The notes: a model not told the origin generated them from the sequence alone. 64,000 nucleotides of DNA from an uncultured Candidatus Saccharibacteria bacterium (GCA_964610335.1 CAZSVP010000001.1:223442-287441), one strand, 5' to 3'; positions 20,441 to 30,692 are shown, numbered from the stretch's first letter. Program-made: numbers and translations.

Positions 20441-21506
20441 TTTTGGCCGACATCTTGCGTGATTTACTACCATTCTTGTAGTGCGGCAGGTTTGCATCGA
20501 GCAGTTCGTTGATAACTATTTGGGCTACTCCCACCAGTGGAACTGCAATAAGTGCGCCTAATACTCCAGCCAATGCGCTACCAATAATTACTGCAATAAA
20601 ACTAAGAAGTGGTGAAATATAGACCATTTTCTTGTATATGACAGGCGCTAGAACGTTGTTTTCTATTTGTTGGTAAACAATCAAGAACAAAATTGCTGGC
20701 AAGACTAGTTGAGGCGCGGTTAGGCCAAGAATAATAGCAACTATAATAGCACCAATCCCGGCTCCTACCAGTGGGATTAGATCACAAATAGCCACTACAA
20801 CTGATAATACAAAGGCAAATGGCGCATTGATCAACAACATAAACAGAAGCGTAGTCGAACCAGCAATTCCCGATATCAAGAAGTTGCCACCAATATAGCG
20901 AGCTATCACGCTTGTAGTGTGATCTGCAAGCTCGGCATAGTAACTCCTGGTTTTTGGGTACAGCGTGGCCTTGAGGAAGTTAGCAATTTTTGCACCTTCC
21001 AGTAGGAAGAAGAAACTCAATCCAATCATCATGCCTAGAGATACTAGGTTACTACTAATTTGTTTAAGTAGACTAAACAGTGAGGAACTGAGGGTAGCTA
21101 TTCCTCCAATTATCATTTGCTTGCTGGAAGAATCAATATTACTACTTAGTATGTTATTGATACTTTTTCCTATCCCACTATCGGATTGTAAAAAACTATC
21201 CAGTGTTGTGGGAAGATTTTGGGCTAGTTGACCCGCTTGGCCTACCAGTGGTGCCAATACAACTGCAATCAGAAACAGGCTAACTGCAATTACAATCGCA
21301 TAAGTGCACAAAGTTGCCAGAAGCCTACTATTACGAGGCATCCTAGGGAGTAGCCAATCAGTAATTGGGTTGAGAACAACGGCAAGAAAGGCTGCAAGGG
21401 TTATCATCCCGATTTGAGCTCGAAGTTTCCAGAATAAAAAGCCACCAACCACAAATATGGTGACAATTAACAAATATTTAGTAAAGTCTCGAAGTTTGAG
21501 AGGCAT
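20430..21506 (-). CDS. AI-2E family transporter
   Basis: LIPLVGA, QQIENNVLAP and GALIAVP motifs. Confidence 0.9.
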   Translation of the reverse strand: MPLKLRDFTKYLLIVTIFVVGGFLFWKLRAQIGMITLAAFLAVVLNPITDWLLPRMPRNSRLLATLCTYAIVIAVSLFLIAVVLAPLVGQAGQLAQNLPTTLDSFLQSDSGIGKSINNILSSNIDSSSKQMIIGGIATLSSSLFSLLKQISSNLVSLGMMIGLSFFFLLEGAKIANFLKATLYPKTRSYYAELADHTTSVIARYIGGNFLISGIAGSTTLLFMLLINAPFAFVLSVVVAICDLIPLVGAGIGAIIVAIILGLTAPQLVLPAILFLIVYQQIENNVLAPVIYKKMVYISPLLSFIAVIIGSALAGVLGALIAVPLVGVAQIVINELLDANLPHYKNGSKSRKMSAKTSN

Positions 21507-21553
21507 TTGCGATATTATAAACTAATAGTATGAAAAGTCAATATTAATAGCTA

Positions 21554-22738
21554 CTATTGTTCTTCAAAAAGCTTTAGCCTCCTTAGCTTGTTTGGAAGAA
21601 AGCCTTCTGGGTGTTTAAAGCCACTTTCCCACTTAGTACCCTTTTGGTAGCCTAAGTCTTTCATGAGCTTGGTAGGGGCATTACGTAAGTGTAGGGGGAC
21701 AGGTTCATCCGGATGCTCACTTGCTGCTTTGAGGGCGCGCGCCATGGCATCGGCTGTGGTACGAGACTTCTTGCTTTTGGCCAGAACAATTGCACATTCA
21801 AAAAGTGTGAGTTGACATTCTGGCAAGCCAATCCGCTCTACCGCCAAAAATGCACTAACAGCTAGATTCAGCGCTGCAGGAGCACTTAACCCTATGTCTT
21901 CACTTGCAAAGATAATATTGCGGCGCGCAATAAACTTGGGATCCTCACCTCCTCGCAGCATTCGTGCCAGATAGTAAAGAGTGGCATCTACATCGCTGCC
22001 ACGCATGGATTTGATATAGGCTGATATGAGATTGTAGTGGTATTCGCCACCCTTGTCGTATTTGGCTGTAACTACTTGCATAGCTTGCTTAACATCATCA
22101 GCCCCAACCTCCTTGTTAGTGATTGCCGCCGCCTCAAGTCCATTGATAGCCATACGAGCATCACCACCACTTAGTTCTGCCAATAGTTCTATTGCCTCTG
22201 CTTTGAGCTGCTTGTTTTTTAGCTCTCCACTGGCTCGGTTCAATATATCAACAATATTTTCTTTGCTAAGAGGTTCTAGCACTACCACGCGCGAACGGCT
22301 AAGTAGTGGGCCAATTACTTCAAAGCTTGGATTCTCAGTCGTGGCACCTATAAGAACAATAGTGCCAGATTCTACATGTGGGAGGAATGCATCTTGTTGA
22401 GCTTTGTTGAAGCGATGAATCTCATCGACAAATAGTACTGTTTTACGCCCTTGTGATAAGTCTGCTTGTGCTTGGGCAATAACTTTCTTCACTTCGGCTA
22501 GGCCAGCAGCTACTGCCGATATCTCTTGATACTCAAAATCCCCAGAATGGGCGATGATCCTAGCCAGTGTAGTCTTACCACTACCTGGCGGTCCCCACAG
22601 TATCATACTAACTGGCTGGCCTTTTTCTATAACAGTTCGCAAAAACTGATTTTTTCCGATCAGATGATCTTGGCCAACCATTTCAGCTAGATTCTTAGGA
22701 CGTTGTTGGTCAGCAAGAGGCTGGAGAACAGGTTTCAT
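21554..22738 (-). CDS. rarA: Replication-associated recombination protein A
   Basis: [29 protein letters not shown] and KSMRGSD motifs. Confidence 0.95.
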   Translation of the reverse strand: MKPVLQPLADQQRPKNLAEMVGQDHLIGKNQFLRTVIEKGQPVSMILWGPPGSGKTTLARIIAHSGDFEYQEISAVAAGLAEVKKVIAQAQADLSQGRKTVLFVDEIHRFNKAQQDAFLPHVESGTIVLIGATTENPSFEVIGPLLSRSRVVVLEPLSKENIVDILNRASGELKNKQLKAEAIELLAELSGGDARMAINGLEAAAITNKEVGADDVKQAMQVVTAKYDKGGEYHYNLISAYIKSMRGSDVDATLYYLARMLRGGEDPKFIARRNIIFASEDIGLSAPAALNLAVSAFLAVERIGLPECQLTLFECAIVLAKSKKSRTTADAMARALKAASEHPDEPVPLHLRNAPTKLMKDLGYQKGTKWESGFKHPEGFLPNKLRRLKLFEEQ

Positions 22739-22771
22739 GTCCCCAGTATATCAAACAGTTACCGAACAGAG

Positions 22772-23092
22772 CTATTTTTTGTTCTTGCGTTCTTGTTGGC
22801 GCTGGTATATGCGCAAAACAATTGCTCTGGCAAGTGCTAGGAACACTGTTATGCCGATGATGACGTAGAAGATCGTAAATAGTTTTCCCAAATCAGTTTT
22901 TGGAACAATATCACCATAGCCTACAGTAGCTAGAGTTATTACGGTGAAGTAAAAGGAATCTAGCCAACGTAGGTTTTCAACATAGTGGTAGAATGTTGCA
23001 CCAACCACAATTAACCCCAAAGCGACTACAATGATTTTGTTGACAGTCTTATTGTTGTTGTAAAGATCTGCTATATCGTATTTTTTGGCCAT
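22772..23092 (-). CDS. Two-TM potassium channel
   Basis: TVGYGD selectivity filter. Confidence 0.9.
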   Translation of the reverse strand: MAKKYDIADLYNNNKTVNKIIVVALGLIVVGATFYHYVENLRWLDSFYFTVITLATVGYGDIVPKTDLGKLFTIFYVIIGITVFLALARAIVLRIYQRQQERKNKK

Positions 23093-23097
23093 TTGTT

Positions 23098-24117
23098 TTA
23101 CTTCTTATGGCTACTGTGGGTTTGATGAGCGGTCGAGGTCTTGTGTGAGCGTTTTTTAATCTGTTGTTGAACCAGTGTTGTGCCTCGAGCTATTACGTCA
23201 AAACGGTACAGTAAGTACAACACTAATCCCACCAAGAGTAAGAAGAAGCCGTATGGTCGGGTGAGAGTGAAGTAAGTGTTGATTATGTCAGCGGTAGCTT
23301 GGTTGAGAGTATTGCCAATTACTTGATCAGTGCTTTGTGGCACAAACAAAAGTGTGATTGGCGCAAACATCCATGATCCTATAGTGACAATTAGGCCGGA
23401 TATCCCTAGTGTAAGCCCTGTAGTCCGTAGGATTGCTCGGTAGTTTCGGAAGTTGAGAGCTACGATACCGGCTAAGCTAAGGATTATTACCCACCATAGA
23501 ACTGTTACCAGCGTATTCAACTTCTGGAATGCCATTCGTAGCTTAACCATCATGAGCAGCGGGCTATCAGGATTCTTTTGCCCATCGACTACTGTAATGT
23601 CTCCTGGTACCGAGTTGATTAGCGAATTTAGCGGTTCGCTCAATACTGGTGGTAGCTTGGAATCACTTACAAACTTGCTTGCTTGAGCTTTGTATTTTCC
23701 GGATTCAATTACGACATTGTTGTTCTTGATCTGGGCATCAGCCTTGTCTGCAACCTTATAGGTAGTAGTTAGAATAGGCTCAGCTACTTTGGCAACGTTC
23801 TCAGGTGTTACTATCACATCAAGTAGTTTTTGGGCCAAGGCGTTTTGCAAGAAGTTGTCTTTAACTGATGAAGGTAGATTCTCAGATACCTCTGCTTTTA
23901 TCGCTGAAGATATGTGCACAAAAGTATTGGCATTGCGCATAAATACTACTAGCTTGGCAGCTGTGGCAAAATTATCGCGCAGGACTGTGCTGTAGGTACA
24001 AACCAAGATAGCCACTGCAGCTACTATCGCTAAAACGCGAGTCCAGCCGTGATGCTCCTTGCTCTTAGTGTTGGTTTCTGTCTGTTTGTGAGTATGTGTG
24101 GGCATGTTTCTCTCCAA
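23098..24117 (-). CDS. Hypothetical multi-TM protein
   Basis: N-terminal TM plus three C-terminal TM segments. Confidence 0.65.
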   Translation of the reverse strand: MERNMPTHTHKQTETNTKSKEHHGWTRVLAIVAAVAILVCTYSTVLRDNFATAAKLVVFMRNANTFVHISSAIKAEVSENLPSSVKDNFLQNALAQKLLDVIVTPENVAKVAEPILTTTYKVADKADAQIKNNNVVIESGKYKAQASKFVSDSKLPPVLSEPLNSLINSVPGDITVVDGQKNPDSPLLMMVKLRMAFQKLNTLVTVLWWVIILSLAGIVALNFRNYRAILRTTGLTLGISGLIVTIGSWMFAPITLLFVPQSTDQVIGNTLNQATADIINTYFTLTRPYGFFLLLVGLVLYLLYRFDVIARGTTLVQQQIKKRSHKTSTAHQTHSSHKK

Positions 24118-24206
24118 ATATTTTAAAAGTTACCTTGATTGTAGCTGGATGGCTTATCAAAATGCAAATATTCTTGTGCTTGTGAAAACTACAGTATAAT
24201 AGGATT

Positions 24207-24866
24207 ATGCAACAAGTTTGGGCAATACTACCATTTGCCATAGGCTCTGCGGTGAGCCCTCTTATCTTAACGGCTTCGATTTTAGCAATCTCTCAGCCGA
24301 AGCGACCATTGGCCAAGGCACTAGCATTCTTAGCCGGAGCGGCGATCTCAATTACAGTAATTGGCAGTTTTATTATATTGCTCAACCTTGGAGCCAAAAA
24401 AGCTTCATCTCAACCTAGCTTGGTAGATGCTGAGTTCCAGCTGGTTGCCGGTGTGGCATTGATAATATTTGCGCTTCGTAGATTATTGAAAAAGCGTACC
24501 AATACTAGTCAACATAGTGCCAAAGCTACCTCGGTTTGGAAGTACTTTGTATTGGGTATCGGCCTTATGGCGGTCAATACATCTACCATATTCCTCTACT
24601 TTCCAGCGGCCGTAGTGCTTACCAAAGAGTCAGCTACTGTGTCGGCCCGAGTGTTAGCGCTTGGTGTCATGATCCTATTTAGTTTACTACCAGCTATTGT
24701 CGCACCATTGTTGCTAGTAGTATTGGGCAAACATGCCCAACCAGTTTTGAGAAAGTTATCTGTCTTCGTTGAGCGATTTGGGCCGGCTATAATTGCTGTA
24801 CTGTTTGGTTTGATCGGAGTATTCTTGCTAATCAAGTCAATACTTGATCTAATGGCTTTGAGGTAA
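24207..24866 (+). CDS. GAP (DUF2910)-like membrane protein
   Basis: LPFAIGSAVSP N-terminus and LysE-like six-TM pattern. Confidence 0.65.
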   Translation: MQQVWAILPFAIGSAVSPLILTASILAISQPKRPLAKALAFLAGAAISITVIGSFIILLNLGAKKASSQPSLVDAEFQLVAGVALIIFALRRLLKKRTNTSQHSAKATSVWKYFVLGIGLMAVNTSTIFLYFPAAVVLTKESATVSARVLALGVMILFSLLPAIVAPLLLVVLGKHAQPVLRKLSVFVERFGPAIIAVLFGLIGVFLLIKSILDLMALR

Positions 24867-24869
24867 CTA

Positions 24870-25121
24870 TTGGTGAGCTCCAGAAAATCATCTCAACAAA
24901 CTAGCCGTTGTGAACACCCCGAGAGTCGTATGCGTTCGGTTGTTAAAGCCATCGTTTATAGGTGTCTAATCATAGTTTCTATATTTGCTATAACTTACTT
25001 CGAAACCGGTAAGTTACAAGATGCATTGTCAATCACTGGTATTACGGCAGTGACTGGCACTATCATTTACTACTTACACGAGAGAGTTTGGAGCAGTATT
25101 AGTTGGGGGAGAACAAAATGA
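24870..25121 (+). CDS. DUF2061 protein
   Basis: RSVVKAIVYR and YYLHERVW...WG motifs. Confidence 0.8.
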   Translation: MVSSRKSSQQTSRCEHPESRMRSVVKAIVYRCLIIVSIFAITYFETGKLQDALSITGITAVTGTIIYYLHERVWSSISWGRTK

Positions 25122-25738
25122 GTAACTTCAAGGGCGAACTGAATAGCCACATATCAACTGCTCGAATCGAAGCGTTGAGTGATGGGGTGTTTGCTATTGC
25201 TATGACTCTTTTGGTACTCGATTTAAATGTACCAAACTTAGCTGGCACGGTTAGTAATCAACAGTTGTCGCAGGCTTTGTGGCAAATCTGGCCAAATGTA
25301 TTCGCATTTGTCCTAGCATTCTTACTACTTGGTAATGCTTGGGCCGTACATCATCGTCAGTTTGCACTAATCCAGAAATGGGACGATCGTTTTGTGATGA
25401 TCAATACACTTAGGCTACTGATAGTTGTGTGTATCCCATTTACAACATCACTAATTGCGCACTATGGCAATCTAACCAGTGGGGCATTGCCATTTGCGAC
25501 CAATTTCTTCTTACTAGCCATGGCTTCATACTGGCAGTGGGACTATGCTATCAAACACAATCTAATTGGATCGGTTTCGGCTCGAAGTAAGAAACTTGGT
25601 CGGCAAAAGAGTCTGTTTGCTGCGCTTGTGGCAATACTAGCTATGTTAACTTCGCTAGTCGCACCCGCCATATCACCAGCTGTATTTATGTTAAACTTTA
25701 TGGCTGAACCTGTATTGGAAAAAATCAATCATGAGTGA
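25118..25738 (+). CDS. TMEM175-family K+ channel
   Basis: RIEALSDGVFAIAMTLLVL signature. Confidence 0.9.
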   Translation: MSNFKGELNSHISTARIEALSDGVFAIAMTLLVLDLNVPNLAGTVSNQQLSQALWQIWPNVFAFVLAFLLLGNAWAVHHRQFALIQKWDDRFVMINTLRLLIVVCIPFTTSLIAHYGNLTSGALPFATNFFLLAMASYWQWDYAIKHNLIGSVSARSKKLGRQKSLFAALVAILAMLTSLVAPAISPAVFMLNFMAEPVLEKINHE

Positions 25739-25997
25739 ATTACCAAACCAGTCGGAACCAGCCCCAGACCCTGAGATTGCCAACTTATTTGATGTGATCA
25801 AAGGCGCACGCTATGAAAATTCACAAGATGGATCTATTTGGGTGTTGAATGGTGTATCCAATAATAGCCAAGGCCGCCAAGATAGTGACTATTCGCTTGA
25901 ATTTGTGAACAAAGACCAAGGGATATTAATCAAACCAGCCAAGAATTTTATTGCTGAGATACATCGTGGCGATTGGAAGCCTTATGCTGAGCAATAA
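25731..25997 (+). CDS. Hypothetical protein
   Basis: 88-aa ORF overlapping both neighbours. Confidence 0.5.
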   Translation: MSELPNQSEPAPDPEIANLFDVIKGARYENSQDGSIWVLNGVSNNSQGRQDSDYSLEFVNKDQGILIKPAKNFIAEIHRGDWKPYAEQ

Positions 25998-26733
25998 AAC
26001 TATTGCAAACTTACGCAGTGAGCTTAGATCACACGCCGATTCAGTTCGTGCCAAACATAGCCAACGTTTTTTCAAAACTGGACCGGGCGAATACGGGCAC
26101 GGCGACGTATTCTTGGGTGTTACCGTTCCTGTACAGCGCCAGATAGCCAAGAGCTACTATCACTTGAGCTTACATGACATAGAACAACTGTTACAAAGCA
26201 ATGTACATGAGCAACGATTGACGGCAATTATTATACTAGTCGCTCAGTTTAAGAAGGGTGATGCCACTACTCGTAAGTCAATCTACGATTTCTACCTAAA
26301 AAATACGAAGTATATCAACAATTGGGACATTGTTGACAGCTCCGCGCCATATATTGTTAGCGTTTACTTGTGGGATAACTATGCTCAAACCAGCTCGCCG
26401 TCGGTAGAAACTATCAAGATATTATCCAAGTTGGCAAGGTCTAAGTCTGTTTGGGATAGGCGGATCGCGATAATGTCCACTGCATACTTCATACAACAAG
26501 GGGACATCAATGAAACATTTGCAATTGCTGAAATTTTACTACACGACGAGCACGATTTGATTCAAAAGGCGGTTGGTTGGATGCTACGTGAAGTTGGTAA
26601 TAGCGTGGGGATAGAAAATGAAGAAGGATTTCTGAAAAAGCATTACAAAACAATGCCTCGCACCATGCTGCGCTATGCGATCGAAAAGTTTCCAGAAGCC
26701 AAGCGACAAGCTTATCTCAAGGGTGCCATCTAG
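25984..26733 (+). CDS. DNA alkylation repair protein (AlkD-like)
   Basis: FFKTGPGEYG, NNWDIVD and KAVGWMLRE motifs. Confidence 0.9.
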   Translation: MLSNKTIANLRSELRSHADSVRAKHSQRFFKTGPGEYGHGDVFLGVTVPVQRQIAKSYYHLSLHDIEQLLQSNVHEQRLTAIIILVAQFKKGDATTRKSIYDFYLKNTKYINNWDIVDSSAPYIVSVYLWDNYAQTSSPSVETIKILSKLARSKSVWDRRIAIMSTAYFIQQGDINETFAIAEILLHDEHDLIQKAVGWMLREVGNSVGIENEEGFLKKHYKTMPRTMLRYAIEKFPEAKRQAYLKGAI

Positions 26734-26759
26734 ACTTTTTATCTGTAATTGTTTATAAT
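26731..26759 (+). promoter_or_regulatory. sigma70 promoter of islet
   Basis: TAGACT-N17-TATAAT; the -35 begins with the upstream gene's TAG stop. Confidence 0.65.
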
Positions 26760-26795
26760 CTGGCTCCAAGTGTCAACACAAAAGAGGGGGTACCT

Positions 26796-27041
26796 ATGAA
26801 GAAGGCACTTGTAATCTTGATCGTTCTTGGCGCAGTAACCACATGGTTGTTGCGCAAGTTTTCCATGACGCTTCCGTGCCCTGTGTGCCAGTGTCCTGCT
26901 GAGTACTCCGAGGAGAACTATGGCTATGTCTGCACCAACTCACGTTGCAGACACGTTGAGCGCAATCCCATGATGATGCGCCAAGATGTGCGGTCGGTAC
27001 GTTCAGCTCAGCCACCGCTTCACGGAGCTGGTAGCTCATGA
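26796..27041 (+). CDS. TM-anchored zinc-ribbon miniprotein (islet)
   Basis: SD GAGGGGG; hydrophobic N-terminus then CPVC...CTNSRC. Confidence 0.65.
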   Translation: MKKALVILIVLGAVTTWLLRKFSMTLPCPVCQCPAEYSEENYGYVCTNSRCRHVERNPMMMRQDVRSVRSAQPPLHGAGSS

Positions 27042-27271
27042 AGGTTGTGCACAGATATCCACGAGCCATCAACCTGGCGGTTGTAGTAGGTTTGGTGGCA
27101 GTCATAGTGGTTCGTCACATCGATGGAGTCACTTGTCCCAAGCATGGAGTGGTCTTGTATCGTGACGGTCTGTTCAGTGGTCGTCGCTACTGTCCGATTG
27201 GAAGTTGCAACCACGAGTCGACGCGCGAGTACCGCCAATCGTTGCGCCAAGAACTCTCTGATCAGTTCTGA
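27038..27271 (+). CDS. TM-anchored zinc-ribbon miniprotein (islet)
   Basis: ATGA coupling; TM then CPKH...CPIGSC. Confidence 0.65.
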   Translation: MKVVHRYPRAINLAVVVGLVAVIVVRHIDGVTCPKHGVVLYRDGLFSGRRYCPIGSCNHESTREYRQSLRQELSDQF

Positions 27272-27295
27272 GCCGAGCCATAAGGAGGTGAAGAC

Positions 27296-27379
27296 ATGAA
27301 GAAGATCGCAGTGTTCGCGATCGTCGCGGCAGGGGGCTACGCCTTCTACCGCAAGTACTGGGGGCCGAACGCCATCTGA
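27296..27379 (+). CDS. 27-aa single-TM peptide (islet)
   Basis: Perfect SD TAAGGAGGTG; MKKIAVFAIVAAGGYAFYRKYWGPNAI. Confidence 0.65.
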   Translation: MKKIAVFAIVAAGGYAFYRKYWGPNAI

Positions 27380-27391
27380 GGCGTTTCCACA

Positions 27392-27446
27392 GAACAACAC
27401 ACGGCCTTGCGCCTCGGATTCGTCCGGAGTGCAGGGTCGTTGTTCG
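27392..27446 (+). terminator. Terminal hairpin of islet
   Basis: GAACAAC...CGGCCTTGCGC-CTCGGA-ttcg-TCCGGA-GTGCAGGGTCG-TTGTTC. Confidence 0.6.
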
Positions 27447-27459
27447 TTATAGGGAGTTA

Positions 27460-28068
27460 TTATATCTGTTCGAAGAACATCAGGCGACGACGCTCGTTGT
27501 TGCTTCCGTTGCAGGTAAGTAGTACTACTGTAGGTACCTCGCTTTGGCGGCTAAATATCTTCACATCGTCAGGTTCTACAAACTTGTCACTAACAAAACG
27601 CCATTTGGTAATCCTACCATCTGAGTGTGTTAGCAGCAGAGAGTCGCCACGTTGAATAGACGTCGTCTTGCCTAGAACAGCATCGGTGTTATGGCCATAA
27701 ATAATTGAAGTATTAGTGTCTTGAGCAGGCAAGCTCGACAAGGTTGCAAAAAAAGCATTCTTATCATCTATATACCAGTCATCAAGTGACTTATTGAAGC
27801 TACCCATCAATATTGACAAGTCAATCTGTTGGCGTGGTAACTGAAGCCTAATTGGTGCCTGGGTTAACGCGCTCTTTGACGCTTCTATCTCTGGATTCTT
27901 TAATACTGAGGTAGCTTGAGCTGATCGGTCAAGTAACTTGGGTGAGACCACAAAAGTAGCTATACCAAAGCCTATCGCCAAGCCTATCAAAAGCGCAAAA
28001 ACGACCCGGTGAATTTGATGTGGGTCGATTTGATTGATTCTAGATCTGAGTAGATGGAGAGTTTTCAT
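27460..28068 (-). CDS. Sortase-like protein
   Basis: IIYGHN, VLLTC and downstream Arg (His/Cys/Arg triad). Confidence 0.8.
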   Translation of the reverse strand: MKTLHLLRSRINQIDPHQIHRVVFALLIGLAIGFGIATFVVSPKLLDRSAQATSVLKNPEIEASKSALTQAPIRLQLPRQQIDLSILMGSFNKSLDDWYIDDKNAFFATLSSLPAQDTNTSIIYGHNTDAVLGKTTSIQRGDSLLLTHSDGRITKWRFVSDKFVEPDDVKIFSRQSEVPTVVLLTCNGSNNERRRLMFFEQI

Positions 28069-28198
28069 AATGTATAGTCACCCTCCAGTAACGGCGCTAG
28101 TCTAACATGGCCTTCTTGGTAAGTCAATTGATCTGTGGAAAATACCTCTCTTATCTGGTAGTATTAGCAACCAAGTACCTCGACGAAGGGAATATGGT

Positions 28199-28393
28199 AT
28201 GTCAGCTACAAAGCTCAAGAAGTTGGTGGAGAAGCATCCGACGGCGAGCAATCTCGTGCTCATTGACCTCCCAGATGGTGAGTTCATGGCGCGCTTTTGC
28301 TTATCACCCAGCTCCACGGCGCCCCACGTCTATGGTTTCGGGGCTACTCCAGATACAGCCGCTCAAGATGCAGCTGATTGGTTCAATGGTTGA
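28199..28393 (+). CDS. Hypothetical protein (islet)
   Basis: Promoter TGGAAA-N17-TAGTAT upstream; AAGGG SD. Confidence 0.6.
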   Translation: MSATKLKKLVEKHPTASNLVLIDLPDGEFMARFCLSPSSTAPHVYGFGATPDTAAQDAADWFNG

Positions 28394-28396
28394 GCC

Positions 28397-28495
28397 ATGA
28401 TCGAACTGCTTGGCAAATCCATCGGCATCAGTCTCTATGGCGTCTGGCTGATCTTCAACAAGCTTCGTGATATAGTTCGAAGCGAAGGAGCATAG
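28397..28495 (+). CDS. 32-aa hydrophobic peptide (islet)
   Basis: Hand-translated MIELLGKSIGISLYGVWLIFNKLRDIVRSEGA; exactly fills the gap between neighbours. Confidence 0.45.
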   Translation: MIELLGKSIGISLYGVWLIFNKLRDIVRSEGA

Positions 28496-28496
28496 G

Positions 28497-28673
28497 ATGC
28501 GCAAGTCAATCCTGATAGCAAGTGGCATGTTGGTGGCATTCTCACTTTGGCGTTGGCATCGTGGAAATGTGCGGGTGGCGAATGGTTGCTGTCGGGCTTG
28601 TGGTAGCACGATTCACCCAGATCCTGTAGAGATGCATGTCTACTGTCCAGGTTGCAAGAAGTACATCTACTAG
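28497..28673 (+). CDS. 58-aa TM-anchored zinc-ribbon miniprotein (islet)
   Basis: SD AAGGAG; MRKSILIASGMLVAFSLWRW...CRAC...CPGC (below the ORF-track cutoff). Confidence 0.65.
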   Translation: MRKSILIASGMLVAFSLWRWHRGNVRVANGCCRACGSTIHPDPVEMHVYCPGCKKYIY

Positions 28674-28735
28674 GTATGTACAAATATGCTCAATTGTTGT
28701 ACAATCTTGCCACCTCGATAAGAAAGGGGCTCGAT

Positions 28736-29098
28736 ATGGAGCCAACCAATAGTGCAGCGGATTTTTGGGGTCACATACACGCGCTCGAAGAGATGGTCAA
28801 CATCATTGAGGGTTGCAGTGACTTCCATTTCGGCTTTGTCGACAACGGTCCGGCGGATTGCTGGTTCGAGATCAGCTGGATTGATGCCACCCTCGAGGGT
28901 GGCGCGGTCAAGCTGACCAACCCCAACCATTTCCGGTTGATCGACGATGCCTACAAGTTGTTCACCGACCAGCATCGTGGCAGTTGGGACAGCTTCTCTA
29001 GGTTGTCGTCGCGTTACACCACGGCCGAGACCACAGCGCTGCGCGAGCGTGGCCGCAACAGCTGGCGTTCGCAGGTGACCTTCGGGGTGGGGACGTGA
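28736..29098 (+). CDS. Hypothetical protein (islet)
   Basis: TACAAT promoter, SD AAAGGGG, high GC3. Confidence 0.65.
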   Translation: MEPTNSAADFWGHIHALEEMVNIIEGCSDFHFGFVDNGPADCWFEISWIDATLEGGAVKLTNPNHFRLIDDAYKLFTDQHRGSWDSFSRLSSRYTTAETTALRERGRNSWRSQVTFGVGT

Positions 29099-29110
29099 GT
29101 CTCCACCCCG
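29083..29110 (+). terminator. Terminal hairpin with the stop codon in its loop
   Basis: CGGGGTGGGGAC-gtga-GTCTCCACCCCG. Confidence 0.6.
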
Positions 29111-29168
29111 CGAGGGGAATCTTAGTTTGTTCTAGATATACCAGCTATGTTTAAAACAAGTTTAGATA

Positions 29169-30692
29169 TTATTGGGAAGTAGGAGTAGCAGTTTGGGCTT
29201 TTACAAAGTCATCACCAACTGTGATCTCAAAATCAGCCACAGGGTACTTAACCGGTGTTGCCGGAGGGGTTGGTTTGACGCCTACCAGTTTCTCGAGGTA
29301 TGCAGCTGTGTTTGGTTTGGCACCGTTTGTGTAGTCTATTATTGAACTTGTAGCATTATTACGTGTTTTGGCATTGCCAATGCTGAGTATTTGAATAACA
29401 TCACCATCGTTATTGATCTTGGTACTTAACTTGCCGGCAGCCCCCGCAGTAGCAGTACCGTTGAGTATTACTATCTTTGGCTCTTCCTTCCAAATTGGCC
29501 CAAGCACAAATACGTTTTTGATAAATGCTTGAATGTCATCAAAGTTACCGCCGATAGGCAACAGGTCGGAGCTTGAACTATCTGTTTTCAAGAAGCCTCC
29601 TGGTTTGATTGAGAAGACTACGTTTATTATGTTTTGGTTACTGAGGTCCTTGGTGAGCTCGCGAAGTCGTAGTATATTCTTGATACTTAAGTCAGTTTTG
29701 ATGTTGTTGGCAGCTGTTTGGATCAGGCTAGTAACCTTGCTTGGGTCAGAAAGAGTTTGGATGCTCAAGGCTTTTTCGCGCACTTTTTGTAGCACTTCTT
29801 GTTGTCGGAGAGCACGCCCAAAATCATCCCCACAAGTTCCTTTGCGGCAGCGTGCGTATTTAAGAGCCGTCGCACCATCCATATGCTGCTGACCTTTTAG
29901 TATACGTATGCCGCAGCTGCGGTATTCGTTCTTCTCACATGGATACTCAGTGTCTATAAGATCTTCTTTAACGTCTACATCTATGCCTCCTACCGCATCG
30001 ACAGCTTGTTTGAGACCGCTGAAGTTAGCGCGTACATAGTAATGAATTGGTATGCCTAAGGTATTCTCAACAGTTTTCTTTGCCAAATCAATACCTTTGC
30101 CACCTTGGTATAGCTCACCATCGGCATGGGCGTTATTAATCTTGTTGTAGCCAAAACCAGGTATCTGCACTCGCGTATCTCGCGGGATACTGATCATAGC
30201 AACTTGGTTGGTCTTGGTGTTAAGGCTTACTACCATGTTGGTGTCAGCCAGTGTTTCGCCATCATGTCCTGGATCGCCCACACCTAATAGTAATATGTTG
30301 ACCCTACCATCGTCTTCGCCTTTGAGTTTATCAGTAAGACTAAAAGGATTGGTACTTACAGAACTAAGGTTCATAAACAGGTATACAAAGTAGCCAATAA
30401 GGGCTAAAAAGCCAAGTAATGCAAAACAAAACAGTACTACTTTCCAGCGCTTCTTTTTGGGCTTTGGGTTGTTTAGATTGATTATCTCGGTATCCATGGC
30501 AGAATCTTTCTTGGATTTCTTTGTGTCAACTACAGCATCACCATGGCCGCCCTTGGTAGATATGTCATTTTGTGGTCGAGCTTTGGGCTTGTCTCGCTTG
30601 GGCGAGTAAACAAAGTCAATCGCTCGCTTGCCGGCCTTTTTCTTATCCTCGACTGGATCGTAGGTGAAGTCCGGCTGCTGACTCTTTTTCAT
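29169..30692 (-). CDS. LCP (LytR-CpsA-Psr) family protein with LytR_C domain
   Basis: NILLLGVG, SIPRDT, KINNA, DFGRALRQQ and ILNGT motifs. Confidence 0.9.
   Translation of the reverse strand: MKKSQQPDFTYDPVEDKKKAGKRAIDFVYSPKRDKPKARPQNDISTKGGHGDAVVDTKKSKKDSAMDTEIINLNNPKPKKKRWKVVLFCFALLGFLALIGYFVYLFMNLSSVSTNPFSLTDKLKGEDDGRVNILLLGVGDPGHDGETLADTNMVVSLNTKTNQVAMISIPRDTRVQIPGFGYNKINNAHADGELYQGGKGIDLAKKTVENTLGIPIHYYVRANFSGLKQAVDAVGGIDVDVKEDLIDTEYPCEKNEYRSCGIRILKGQQHMDGATALKYARCRKGTCGDDFGRALRQQEVLQKVREKALSIQTLSDPSKVTSLIQTAANNIKTDLSIKNILRLRELTKDLSNQNIINVVFSIKPGGFLKTDSSSSDLLPIGGNFDDIQAFIKNVFVLGPIWKEEPKIVILNGTATAGAAGKLSTKINNDGDVIQILSIGNAKTRNNATSSIIDYTNGAKPNTAAYLEKLVGVKPTPPATPVKYPVADFEITVGDDFVKAQTATPTSQ

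Noticed and set aside
28166-28590. AGCAACCA/TGGTTGCT end pairing
   Set aside because: The 3' partner is inside the 58-aa ORF rather than in a trailer, and only 8 bp.
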